A stretch of 24,000 nt of DNA from Methanocorpusculum sp. UBA424 (GTDB taxonomy: Archaea; Halobacteriota; Methanomicrobia; Methanomicrobiales; Methanocorpusculaceae). Of this stretch, positions 7,547 to 16,430 are shown in pieces. The DNA lies in NCBI GenBank assembly GCA_002498375.1, contig DAHC01000002.1, forward strand, positions 15,860-39,859. The letters run 5' to 3'. Both the position numbers and the translations under genes were made by a program. Position 1 is the stretch's first letter; each line of letters begins with the position of its first letter. The notes under the pieces are model-generated. The model saw only the letters and a list, made by a program, of their open reading frames with translations. It was not told the origin of the DNA and did no database searches.

Positions 7547-9277
7547 TTACAGCACGATCATGCAGACGACCATGATCAGCAGAAATGCCGTGGTCAGCAG
7601 AAGTGTTGCAAGAGGGAGCAGGTTTGTTACGATAGCGTTCACGGTCGAAGTCAGCTGAACGATCCTTGATGGACCGAACACCTCGACCTCCTCGCACATG
7701 TTGGTGGCTGCTCCTCCCGACGCAGGCGAGAGATCTTCGACCGCTTTTAAAACCGCTTCCGAGACATACGGGATGATCTCGCTCGGCGAGACCGCATCGC
7801 CGATCGGGTTTCTGCCTGAGACCGAGTTCACCACATGCGAATCGGTGGTTAGGATCTCGACCTCGTCAAGGCCAAGTCCCAGGACCGCGTTTTGCAGGGT
7901 CTCTCGAACACCCATCTGCACATTGTTTCCGTCAAACAGGACATACGCCGTTTTTATTCCGGCGACGTCGGTCACCATCGCGAGGATCCCCATGTCGGCG
8001 AATCCTTCGCCCCGTCCAAAGGGCGGGATGACCTGTGCCGCTCCAACGGAGAACGGCAGCATCTCGGCATCGAGCATGCCGTTCATCGCCTCGTCTGCTC
8101 CGGAGATGAACTCGTTTCCGGTTTTGGTCGAGGGGTAGATGATGTTGGTGACCGACGTCATACAGTTGTGGGCATCAACGAATCCGATATTTTCGTATCT
8201 CCCTTTACTCTCTCCCATGACGATCCGGCCGATTGAGTAGTCCATGTCCTCCGTCATCTCGGGAGACCGTGTCGTGATCATCAGAAGAGAGTCGCCGAAT
8301 CTCTGGGAGAGGATCGAGACCGTGCCGAAACTCGTTCGCACCGGGCGGCTTGCAAGTCCCGTGTACTCGACTGAATCCAGACTTTCGCGGATCGCTTTTG
8401 TGATGCTCTTTGTTTCACGGTTGGAGATCAGGTTCAGATCATGACTTGCGCATCCGTGGGATACGATAACGACCGCCTCGTCGGCAAAAACGTCGTGAAG
8501 GATCTTCGGGAAATTACTGCCGCCGATCTCAGCCATCGGACCCGGGTGCAGGTTCGGGATGACGAACCAGATATCGGGTTTGCCGGCACGTTTGAAGAAG
8601 AACGTCGTTTCGGGGACCGAGACATACTCGCTGATGTGATGGAAATACTCCTCGAGATCGTTGGATCCGTTCGTCAGATGGGCAAGAAACGCATTGACGA
8701 AATGCATCGCACCGACCCCGCTCGTCCGTTTCATCGGCAGATCGAACAGCAGTAAAAATACAATGACTCCTACTGAGAATACCACAATCGAAACGACGAC
8801 CGGAATGATGAATCCCGGACCGAAGTACCAGACACCGACGATCGCTCCCGCGAAGGTCTGGATGGCGGCAGGCGCATACATCCGCCCGAACCGGTAATCG
8901 GCGACGGCGGCGAGAACCACCAATCGGATCGCGAGGATGAATCCCACGCCGAAAACATAGGCAAATCCTATGCCAAGGAAAAGGGCGGTGATCATCCACA
9001 GAAGCATGAATACTTCAGACGCGAGTGCAAGCAGGCCCGACCGGTTCCAGGTAAATTCCTGCCGGGCGGTCGCGCTTACGAAGGGTTTGGTGAGGATCAG
9101 CGCAGCGACGCCGGGGATCGAGAAGGCAAATCCGATCCACCAGATCTTGCCGGTAAAGAGGAACGCTACCCCGTCGGCTGCCAGGCCGAGCAGGATTATC
9201 AAGACCAGCGATACTCCCCATTTCGGAGCGTCGAAGAGATATTTGGTCAATGACTCGGTTTTTACTTCGCGTTTCAT
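7547..9277 (-). CDS. Archaeal integral membrane protein, DUF2070-like
   Basis: 576 aa with an ATG start. The N-terminal third has multiple TM helices, followed by a large soluble domain and a C-terminal TM anchor. Size and architecture match my recollection of the archaeal DUF2070 family; the family name is less certain than the CDS call. Confidence 0.8.
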   Translation of the reverse strand: MKREVKTESLTKYLFDAPKWGVSLVLIILLGLAADGVAFLFTGKIWWIGFAFSIPGVAALILTKPFVSATARQEFTWNRSGLLALASEVFMLLWMITALFLGIGFAYVFGVGFILAIRLVVLAAVADYRFGRMYAPAAIQTFAGAIVGVWYFGPGFIIPVVVSIVVFSVGVIVFLLLFDLPMKRTSGVGAMHFVNAFLAHLTNGSNDLEEYFHHISEYVSVPETTFFFKRAGKPDIWFVIPNLHPGPMAEIGGSNFPKILHDVFADEAVVIVSHGCASHDLNLISNRETKSITKAIRESLDSVEYTGLASRPVRTSFGTVSILSQRFGDSLLMITTRSPEMTEDMDYSIGRIVMGESKGRYENIGFVDAHNCMTSVTNIIYPSTKTGNEFISGADEAMNGMLDAEMLPFSVGAAQVIPPFGRGEGFADMGILAMVTDVAGIKTAYVLFDGNNVQMGVRETLQNAVLGLGLDEVEILTTDSHVVNSVSGRNPIGDAVSPSEIIPYVSEAVLKAVEDLSPASGGAATNMCEEVEVFGPSRIVQLTSTVNAIVTNLLPLATLLLTTAFLLIMVVCMIVL

Positions 9278-9278
9278 G

Positions 9279-9935
9279 TTACCAGAACCTCTCGATCATG
9301 ACTTCGCCGCGAAGGCCTTCATAGCTGAACTTCATTTCGGAACAGTGTATAGGTTCTGAAAAACAGGGTGCATTCAGTACGAGCGATTCATACTCCCCGC
9401 CCTCTCCGGCGATATGGATCCGTCTGGATTTGTGAACCGAAAGCAGTACGTCGATCAGTTTTTCATCGATCGTTTTCCCGAGAACGTTATCGCCGAGTCC
9501 GTCTGCGGCGCAGACAACGATCACGGCGTCAAGACGGGAAGCCACTTCGTGCATAAGGGTGAGAGGGTCCAATTTCCAGAGCGGAGCAAAAAGCTTCAGA
9601 CCAAGCCGGTCACAGACCGCGGCGACTCTCGACCGCTGATACTCGGACTCGATCGCCCCGACGATGATCCCCTCGACACCGAGGTTAGAAAGACCCATTT
9701 CAAGGTCCTCGACCTCCTGTTCCTTCACGCCTTTCGATCGTATTTCCACATATTCGGCCCCGCAGCGGTCAGCCATTACGGGGACTGCCTTAAGATTTGC
9801 CGAGTGGAACATATACGACTCGGTATTTTCCGGCACGACCGTGACCAGATGCGTGACCTGCATGCCGGCGTCGATCGCTTTTTGTACGGCAAGGATCGAG
9901 TCCTTACCTCCTGAAGTGAGTGCTGCCCAGCTCAT
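9279..9935 (-). CDS. Dph6-like N-type ATP pyrophosphatase (MJ0570 family; diphthine-ammonia ligase-like)
   Basis: 218 aa. AALTSGGKDS PP-loop motif, ...ESYMFHS..., ...AGEGGEYESLVLNAP..., collinear with the MJ0570 family. Confidence 0.8.
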   Translation of the reverse strand: MSWAALTSGGKDSILAVQKAIDAGMQVTHLVTVVPENTESYMFHSANLKAVPVMADRCGAEYVEIRSKGVKEQEVEDLEMGLSNLGVEGIIVGAIESEYQRSRVAAVCDRLGLKLFAPLWKLDPLTLMHEVASRLDAVIVVCAADGLGDNVLGKTIDEKLIDVLLSVHKSRRIHIAGEGGEYESLVLNAPCFSEPIHCSEMKFSYEGLRGEVMIERFW

Positions 9936-10831
9936 TACTGCTCCAGTTTTCCAAATACGGATTTGTAGCGCCCTGCCATACGTTCCCAGTCGGGAAGGTT
10001 GGTCTGCGTCCCAATCATCTCCACGACAAACGACGAGGTAACTGCGCCGATCTTCGCGCAGGTGACCGGGTCATATCCTCTTTTCCATGCGGTGAAAAAC
10101 CCTGCCCGGTATGCATCTCCTGCGCCGGTCGGATCCTTTGCTTCGACCGATACCGCAGGGATCTGCTCGGTTTTTCCATCGAAGTAGAGACTGCTGCCTG
10201 CTTTTCCATGGGTGATGATGGTAAACGGCACCGAGTCGAGAATATCTTTTTCGCTGCAGGAAAGGGTCTTTTTTATGATATCTATCTCATAATTATTGCA
10301 GATGAGCATATCGATCTCCCCAAGAAGGGTCGTGAGGTCGTCGGCGGTATAGTATTTTACGTCCTGGCCCGGATCAAGGGAGGCAAACTCCGCCTGCCTG
10401 GCGAGATTGATATTGAAGGCGGCGTCGCCCGTTGCCATATGGACAAACTCGCGTTTCGGCGGAACTGACCTGGCGAAGGCTTCTCCTGCTCCCCACTCGA
10501 AGTAGGTCACCTGGTCTCCGGCGGCATTGTTCACCATAAATGCGGTCGAACTGTTCTTCTCACTTCTGAAGAGTGTCGTTTTCACGCCGAGATCTTTCAG
10601 ATATTTTTCGTATTCGCTGCCCGGGAAGTCGCACCCGACCGCACAGATGAGTTCGGCCTGACCGCCGAGTCTGGCGATGCCGGCGGCGATGTTTGCCGCC
10701 CCCCCGCCGAAGTATATCCTGCGTTCCGAGACTCTCCTTGATTCGCCGATCGGCGGATACTCGTCTACGGTGATGATGTAATCTACGCAGAGATGACCGG
10801 AAACCGAGATCGTTTCACTCGGCAACGTCAT
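9935..10831 (-). CDS. PfkB-family carbohydrate/nucleoside kinase
   Basis: GGGAANIAAG near the N-terminus and a DPTGAGDAYRAGF anion-hole motif near the C-terminus. The track start at 10834 is GTG; ATG at 10831 is preferred. The stop overlaps the downstream Dph6-like ATG by 1 nt (TAATG). Confidence 0.88.
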   Translation of the reverse strand: MTLPSETISVSGHLCVDYIITVDEYPPIGESRRVSERRIYFGGGAANIAAGIARLGGQAELICAVGCDFPGSEYEKYLKDLGVKTTLFRSEKNSSTAFMVNNAAGDQVTYFEWGAGEAFARSVPPKREFVHMATGDAAFNINLARQAEFASLDPGQDVKYYTADDLTTLLGEIDMLICNNYEIDIIKKTLSCSEKDILDSVPFTIITHGKAGSSLYFDGKTEQIPAVSVEAKDPTGAGDAYRAGFFTAWKRGYDPVTCAKIGAVTSSFVVEMIGTQTNLPDWERMAGRYKSVFGKLEQ

Positions 10832-11174
10832 CACCTTCGATCAGTTCTACGGAATAGGTCGAAAGAGACACGTCACGAAGTGCTCTGCCTATCACCGATT
10901 TGGCAATGTGTACTGCGTGTTCGGGGTTTTCGGCTTTGAAGACCTTCATGGAAAGAAGAAGGCCGACCAGGCCCGTTCTCGCGATCACCAGAGCGGTATT
11001 GATATCTTTTCCACAGTATGGACAGGGCATATTCATCACGTCCACGTCAACAAACTTTGCTGACGGGTGCAGGCGTTTTCCTGCTTCACTCACGGCTATT
11101 CCAATGGCATCCTGAACGGACTCAACATCCTTAACCGTCCATCCTGCCTCCAGCGTCACTCGATAATCCGACAT
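10815..11174 (-). CDS. UPF0212/DUF555 family protein
   Basis: MSDYRVTLEAGWTVKDVESVQDAIGIAVSEAGKRL...CPYCG...LVGLLLSMKVFKAENPEHAVHIAKSVIG matches the small archaeal UPF0212 family as I recall it (MJ0068-like). The track start at 11180 is TTG; ATG at 11174 is preferred. Confidence 0.8.
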   Translation of the reverse strand: MSDYRVTLEAGWTVKDVESVQDAIGIAVSEAGKRLHPSAKFVDVDVMNMPCPYCGKDINTALVIARTGLVGLLLSMKVFKAENPEHAVHIAKSVIGRALRDVSLSTYSVELIEGDDVAE

Positions 11175-11333
11175 TTTCAACTCGCTGCGTATATATTATC
11201 GCTTTAGGATAATGGAATTTGCGGGTTGACTAACTTTTGGTCCGTGTTTTGATTTCATGCATCCGGTTTTAAGCCGAGGCGGCACGACCTATGAAATTCA
11301 CAAAATAGGGGGTTGAGACGGGAAAAAATAGTA

Positions 11334-12469
11334 TGAGAATATCTATCAACCCATTTTTTAACGCGAATCATGATTTAATGAAGATTGGCTACATCCCTAC
11401 ACCCTCATCCCCCCCAAAAAAAAGAAAAAATACCCATTATTCCTTGACGTTTTTTTTATTTACACTCTGTTTTGAATCGTTTTCACCTGATAGATATTAT
11501 AACAAAATGCAGCCAGCATATTTTTCACTCGTACTCTTTGCAGCGTTGTTACCTTCACCAACCCTGCATGAAAGATATTTTTGATCACTGCATAGGGTCT
11601 TTCCCCCTTTGATCTCTTCCTGCTTATTCGCATATTTCTGAGTTTATCTCGTATGCTAATGGGATGTCCCCTCGCTCCCCGTTTCATTGTCGCACTATAT
11701 CCCTTGCATTTCGCTCCCTGATATCCCCGATCCCGATAGACCACTTCTCCTTTTTCTGACAGATCCACCTGACTATCATGAACATTTGCCGTGGTGGTTT
11801 CAATGCGTCGAATAAGATCGTGCGTCGTATCCATGATGGTATGAAGTTTATAGCCATAGTGCATTTTGCCGTTCTTGGACATGATTTTTCCATCTTTATC
11901 CCGTCGTGTTTTTGCCTGCTCTCCTCGCGGCGTGTCTTTCTTACAATGACCGGGTTCAGCATACACAAACGTTGCATCCTGGATCATTCCTTTCTCGATT
12001 ATCAACCCTTTTGATTCTAATTGTCGCTGGAATTCTTCCCAAACTAATGTATCAACGCCTGATTCGGACATACGCTCCCGAAATAACCAGATCGTTGAAT
12101 TGTCGGGTATTTTGTCAGGACACCCAAGGAAATGCCAAAAAGAAAGACGATCATAAATTTCACGTTCAACGGCGAGATCAGACAGATTATACCAGACTTC
12201 CAGAAGCTGAATCTTGAACATAAGTATGACATCGACATTGGGATGACCGCCCTTGCCGGATTTATTTGCATACATGGATTCAAGAAGAGGGCGAAACACA
12301 TCCCAATCAAGTGTTTTTCCAACGTCGGAGAGACGGTCGCCAAGTTTTTCATAACGTTCGTGATAGGCCTGGTTGAGACCAAAGCTGCTGAAAGTCCCCA
12401 TACATACTACTCAACGTACGAAAAGAAAGTACTTTCTGTCGAAAAAAAAAAGGTTGTTAGAAATTCTCA
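11334..12469 (-). mobile_element. IS5-family insertion sequence, apparently intact (1136 bp)
   Basis: The terminal inverted repeats are tgagaatatctatcaacc (11334-11351) and ggttgttagaaattctca (12452-12469), matching at 16 of 18 positions. The trinucleotide GTA flanks both ends (11331-11333 and 12470-12472), a possible 3-bp target duplication. A single DDE transposase ORF lies inside. Confidence 0.8.
11460..12401 (-). CDS. IS5-family DDE transposase
   Basis: 313 aa with an ATG start. N-terminal InsH/DUF772-like region (FRPLLESMY...GGHPNVDVILMFKIQLLEVWYNLSDLAVEREIYDRLSFWHFLG). DDE_Tnp_1 region (IQDATFVYA ... YGYKLHTIMD ... VYRDRGYQG ... RSKGERPYAVIKNIF, i.e. the Y-R-E-K signature). Confidence 0.9.
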   Translation of the reverse strand: MGTFSSFGLNQAYHERYEKLGDRLSDVGKTLDWDVFRPLLESMYANKSGKGGHPNVDVILMFKIQLLEVWYNLSDLAVEREIYDRLSFWHFLGCPDKIPDNSTIWLFRERMSESGVDTLVWEEFQRQLESKGLIIEKGMIQDATFVYAEPGHCKKDTPRGEQAKTRRDKDGKIMSKNGKMHYGYKLHTIMDTTHDLIRRIETTTANVHDSQVDLSEKGEVVYRDRGYQGAKCKGYSATMKRGARGHPISIRDKLRNMRISRKRSKGERPYAVIKNIFHAGLVKVTTLQRVRVKNMLAAFCYNIYQVKTIQNRV

Positions 12470-12492
12470 GTATTGTGTATTTCCGGGTTTGG

Positions 12493-12834
12493 TCAGCGTT
12501 TTATCTGCTGGACCGTGTTCACGACCTTCTCGATCTCGGCAAACTGTACGTCCGCCATGCCATTTTTGGTGATCCCTATCTCCGTTGCGATCAGATGGTG
12601 ATCGGGGGCGAATCCTGCCTCGGCAAGCTTCTTCTTTGCACAGCAATCAGTGCAGCCGTCAAGCACGATCACCTCGTCCACATCTTCGATTTCGTCGGCA
12701 ATCCTATCGGCGCCCTGCTCTGCGCGCACCCAGATATACCCTCCCGGTCTTCTCTGCAGAAGAGCCAGGGCCGCCTGGGTGGTCAGTTTTCCGGTATTCG
12801 AAATACCCGAACAGGTAACTAATGTAATCGTCAT
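12493..12834 (-). CDS. DGC-domain putative metal-binding protein
   Basis: 113 aa. VTCSGISNTGKLT...VIVLDGCTDCCAKKKL is typical of the DGC family often encoded in ars operons. The ATG overlaps the ACR3 stop (ATGA). Confidence 0.75.
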   Translation of the reverse strand: MTITLVTCSGISNTGKLTTQAALALLQRRPGGYIWVRAEQGADRIADEIEDVDEVIVLDGCTDCCAKKKLAEAGFAPDHHLIATEIGITKNGMADVQFAEIEKVVNTVQQIKR

Positions 12835-13898
12835 GAAGAATCACCCGGCGTATTCCCGGGAAATTTGGTTCGCGTCGCGTTCGCAAATTTAACGAGCATG
12901 AGCATCACCGGCACTTCGACGAGCACTCCGACGATCGTCGCGAGAGCGACCGGACTTCCGGTCCCATACAACGCAATGGAAACGGCGACGGATAATTCGA
13001 AGAAGTTCGAAGCGCCGATCATGCCCGCCGGGGCTGCAATACTGTGAGGGAGTTTCAGGAACCATCCCGCGCCGTATGCAATACAGAAGATCAGGATCGT
13101 CTGAATGATCAGCGGTACGGCGATCAGAAGAATGTGCAGCGGATTTGCCAGAATCACACTTCCCTGGAAGGAAAAAATGATCACGAGGGTAAGCAGCAGA
13201 CCGATGATGGTGATGTTGTCGAACTTCGGGACGAATGTATTCGTGAAATACTCCTCCCCTTTTTTCCTGATGAGATACACCCGGGTGGCCACACCGCCGG
13301 CAAGCGGGATCACGACGAACAGAACCACCGAAAGAAACAGGGTTGCCCACGGGATGCTGATCCCGCCGATCCCGAGCAGGAATGCGACGATCGGCACGAA
13401 CGCGACAAGAATGATCAGATCATTGGTCGCGACCTGAACGACCGTGTAGGCGGCGTTTCCTTTCGTCAGATAACTCCATACAAACACCATTGCGGTACAC
13501 GGAGCTGCGCCTAAAAGCACGGCGCCGATCAGATAATCCTGGGCGAGTTCAGGAGGAATGAGGGCGCTGAACACGAAATAGAAAAAGAACCAGGCGATCG
13601 CAAACATCGTGAACGGTTTGATCAGCCAGTTCACGACCCAGGTCAGAACGAGTCCTTTCGGATTTTTTCCGACGTATTTCACGCTCTTGAAATCCACCTT
13701 CAGCATCATCGGGTAGATCATGACCCAGATCAAAACGGCGATCGGGATAGAGACGCTGGCATACTCGAACGTTCCCAGAAACTCCGGAACGAACGGCAGG
13801 AATCTGCTGATCAAAACGCCGATGATCATGCATATTATAACCCAGAGGGTAAGATATTTGCTGAAAAATCCGAGTCCGCCGTTCGTTTTCTGTGCCAT
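12831..13898 (-). CDS. acr3: ACR3-family arsenite efflux transporter
   Basis: 355 aa with about 10 TM helices. The N-terminus LGFFSKYLTLWVIICMIIGVLI and the GAAPCTAMVFVW segment (conserved Cys in TM4) are characteristic of ACR3. Confidence 0.88.
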   Translation of the reverse strand: MAQKTNGGLGFFSKYLTLWVIICMIIGVLISRFLPFVPEFLGTFEYASVSIPIAVLIWVMIYPMMLKVDFKSVKYVGKNPKGLVLTWVVNWLIKPFTMFAIAWFFFYFVFSALIPPELAQDYLIGAVLLGAAPCTAMVFVWSYLTKGNAAYTVVQVATNDLIILVAFVPIVAFLLGIGGISIPWATLFLSVVLFVVIPLAGGVATRVYLIRKKGEEYFTNTFVPKFDNITIIGLLLTLVIIFSFQGSVILANPLHILLIAVPLIIQTILIFCIAYGAGWFLKLPHSIAAPAGMIGASNFFELSVAVSIALYGTGSPVALATIVGVLVEVPVMLMLVKFANATRTKFPGNTPGDSS

Positions 13899-13911
13899 TT
13901 TCTTCAGTTCC

Positions 13912-14643
13912 TTACGTGTTCATCGGGTGAAACGGGCATTCGTCCAGAAGGCATTCCTGATTTCGTCCGGAATACTCGCAGACGATCTTCTCAGGCATGG
14001 TCATATTGATGCCGAGATGCTTTGCGACAAACTCCACCGCGGTCTGCATGGCGATATACGTATCGCGTTTACAGCAGCGTGGTCCGCCGATCGAACCGAT
14101 CTTTATCAGGCATTCACCCGTCAGAAGGTTTCCAAGCGCCCAGTTTTTCTCTGAAAGAGGGTTGGTTTTCAGCGCGATCGAAAGAAAAATGCCCGCACTT
14201 ACTGCAGCCCCGCAGGTCCCGGCAAGTCCGCAAAATCCACCCGGAACCATTTTTCCTCTGTGCTCCATCGAGGTGAGCGCAGTTGGAAGATCCAGATCCC
14301 CGCCGGCATTTTTATACGCGGCGAGAAGAGCTGCACCGGTAAGGATGTGGTGTTCGGGCCCGTGCATATGTACAGCGTCTGAGTCCATGATCTCCGTGGC
14401 GATGGAAAAGGGATCCGTCGATGCAGTATGCAGGCAGACGTATCTGATCACGGCAAATGAGGGGGAGGCATGACATTCATCGCAGACGAAGTGCCCTTTT
14501 GTGCATTTTGCGTTGCTCAAAAAGGTCTTTCCGCAGACTGAGCAGGTCATCTCTTCCTCTTTCTCGCAATATTCCAGCGGAGCTCCGCAGATGAGGCATG
14601 CCGGATTCTGGTCGCTGGTTGTGGCTGGCATTAATGGGTTCAT
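13912..14643 (-). CDS. Cys-rich putative metal-binding protein (zinc-ribbon N-terminus; DUF5714-like by recollection)
   Basis: 243 aa with about 17 Cys, including CLICG...CSVCG, CDEC, GFCG, GTCG, PRCCK and ECLLDECP. The ATG overlaps the arsC stop (ATGA). The family assignment is from memory only. Confidence 0.7.
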   Translation of the reverse strand: MNPLMPATTSDQNPACLICGAPLEYCEKEEEMTCSVCGKTFLSNAKCTKGHFVCDECHASPSFAVIRYVCLHTASTDPFSIATEIMDSDAVHMHGPEHHILTGAALLAAYKNAGGDLDLPTALTSMEHRGKMVPGGFCGLAGTCGAAVSAGIFLSIALKTNPLSEKNWALGNLLTGECLIKIGSIGGPRCCKRDTYIAMQTAVEFVAKHLGINMTMPEKIVCEYSGRNQECLLDECPFHPMNT

Positions 14644-15020
14644 TCCTTTAGTAATGTTCTAATATTATCTTCTATGTGTATTAGTGTCATCCAATACGCC
14701 TCCTCGCCTTTTCCGACCGGGTCGTCGATGTGCCATTCGATCCGCTGTGTTCCGGGAATGACGGGGCAGGCGATCCCGCAGCCCATCGTGACGATGATGT
14801 CGATCTTTGGCAGATCAGAGATCTTTTTCGGCCGATTCGTCGAAAGATCGATCCCGTAGATCTCCTGCATGAGGCGGACGGCTGTCGGATCGACGTTTTC
14901 GCCCGGCTCGCTCCCGGCCGAGTAACAGGTGAACCTGTCGCCGCCGAGATGCCGGCAGAGTGCTTCTGCGATCTGGGATCTGCAGGAGTTTTTGATGCAG
15001 AGAAAGGCGATCCGTTTCAT
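14640..15020 (-). CDS. arsC: Arsenate reductase, LMW-PTPase (thioredoxin-coupled) type
   Basis: 126 aa. The N-terminal CX5R P-loop is FLCIKNSCRSQIAEA, with downstream Cys pair GCGIACP and DP motif WHIDDP. Confidence 0.88.
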   Translation of the reverse strand: MKRIAFLCIKNSCRSQIAEALCRHLGGDRFTCYSAGSEPGENVDPTAVRLMQEIYGIDLSTNRPKKISDLPKIDIIVTMGCGIACPVIPGTQRIEWHIDDPVGKGEEAYWMTLIHIEDNIRTLLKE

Positions 15021-15898
15021 ACGATCACCTGGACGGCAAGGCCCGTCACCACAGCCGCAATAAATATCGTTGCGACAAACACCAGAACGAGCTGTTTTTT
15101 GAATATCGCGGAAAGCATCGTGATCTCGGGAATACTCATACCTGCGCCGCCGATCAAAAGAGCGGCCACGGTCCCCACCCCCATCCCTTTACTCAAGAGA
15201 GCGGCGCTGATCGGGAGGATCGTCTCCGCTCTGATATAGAGCGGGATCCCGATGATCGCGGCGATGGGGATCGCAAACAGATTCTCTGGTCCCGCGACGG
15301 CCAGGATCCAGTCGGCAGGCAGAAATCCGTAGATGAATGCGCCGATCGCGGCTCCAAGCAGAAGGTAGGGGCTCATCTGCCGAAACGTCATCCAGGCAAA
15401 CCGTACGATCCTCTGGAGTTTCGTGCCGCTCTCTTCGGTCATTCCTTCGACGGCGACCGGTTTTACATATTTTTTGAACCCGAGCCGCTCAAGAGTAAGG
15501 CCGATGAGGACGGCAGCCGTGAACATCAGGACCGCATATATGATAGTGATTTTTGGTCCGAAGATGACAAGCATCATCGCGATTATCACCGGGTTCAAAA
15601 GAGGGGAGACGAACAGAAAGGACATGGCGCTCGAAAAGGCCACGCCGGATTTCAGAAATCCGAGCGTTACCGGAATCGTCGAGCAGGAGCAGAACGGCGT
15701 GATCGCTCCAAAAGCGGCGCCGATAACGCTTCCTCTGACCGAGCCGGAATGCCCGAGGACTTTCTGCATCTTCTCTTTAGGGACATAGACATTGAGCGCC
15801 CCGACGATCAGACAGACGACGATGAAAAGCGCCGTAAGTTCCAGAGCTATGATCAGGAAATACTGACCGGCCGCGAGGAGCGTTTCTGCAAAATTCAT
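15017..15898 (-). CDS. ArsP-like / DUF318-family permease
   Basis: 293 aa, polytopic. The GAITPFCSCSTIP motif is typical of the PF03773-type permeases found with ArsR, of which the organoarsenical exporter ArsP is a member. ATGA overlaps occur at both ends. Confidence 0.8.
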   Translation of the reverse strand: MNFAETLLAAGQYFLIIALELTALFIVVCLIVGALNVYVPKEKMQKVLGHSGSVRGSVIGAAFGAITPFCSCSTIPVTLGFLKSGVAFSSAMSFLFVSPLLNPVIIAMMLVIFGPKITIIYAVLMFTAAVLIGLTLERLGFKKYVKPVAVEGMTEESGTKLQRIVRFAWMTFRQMSPYLLLGAAIGAFIYGFLPADWILAVAGPENLFAIPIAAIIGIPLYIRAETILPISAALLSKGMGVGTVAALLIGGAGMSIPEITMLSAIFKKQLVLVFVATIFIAAVVTGLAVQVIV

Positions 15899-16071
15899 TC
15901 AGATTTTCCGGAACAACAGCAGTTTTCTCCGCATTGATCTTTCGATCCGGCTTCTTCATCGCAGCAGGATTTTTCCGGCACGATTTTCACATTGCAGCAG
16001 CACGAGCAGTTTTCTGCGGTGATGGCTTTTTTCAGCTTTCCAAATATCGAGGTCTTTTTTTCTTCGGTCAT
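15895..16071 (-). CDS. Poly-cysteine mini-protein (58 aa from ATG 16071; 61 aa if GTG 16080 is used)
   Basis: M(SIM)TEEKKTSIFGKLKKAITAENCSCCCNVKIVPEKSCCDEEAGSKDQCGENCCCSGKSE has 10 Cys in clusters CSCCC, CC, C and CCC. It fits exactly between arsR and the permease: its stop overlaps the permease ATG (ATGA), and the GTG start would overlap the arsR stop. Confidence 0.6.
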   Translation of the reverse strand: MTEEKKTSIFGKLKKAITAENCSCCCNVKIVPEKSCCDEEAGSKDQCGENCCCSGKSE

Positions 16072-16076
16072 GATAC

Positions 16077-16430
16077 TCACATCTTTTCACAGGGTCGTGT
16101 TTCTCTAAGTCTTTTCAAGGTGTCTTTGTCGGTTTTTGTCATCGGCAGTTCGGCGCAGATCTTTTCCAGGGCAGTGCACAACGCGGGATACTGGGCGAAA
16201 AATTCATCGCTGATTTTGTAGTATGCCCATTGTGCCTGTTTTCTGCTCTGGATGATGCCGGCGTTTTTCAGGATCGCGAGGCTGCGCGAAGCGTTCGGCT
16301 GGGAGAGGGAGAGTGCTGCTTCGATCTCACAGACGCATAATTCATTACCCTGCAGGAGTGCAAGGATTCGAAGTCTGGTCGCATCGCCGCATGCTTTGAA
16401 GATCGTTTCCGGATCACTCATCGCATTCAT
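16077..16430 (-). CDS. arsR: ArsR/SmtB-family metalloregulator
   Basis: A wHTH with FKACGDATRLRILALL and the As(III)-site motif ELCVCEI. The likely start is ATG 16430 (MNAMSDPE) or 16421. The track ORF to 16514 would overlap the upstream gene by 100 nt. Confidence 0.88.
   Translation of the reverse strand: MNAMSDPETIFKACGDATRLRILALLQGNELCVCEIEAALSLSQPNASRSLAILKNAGIIQSRKQAQWAYYKISDEFFAQYPALCTALEKICAELPMTKTDKDTLKRLRETRPCEKM

Noticed and set aside
11333-11584. 83-aa plus-strand ORF at the left end of the IS
   Set aside because: It overlaps the transposase 3' end in antisense, is low-complexity (poly-Pro/Lys from the C/A runs), and lies within the IS terminal region.
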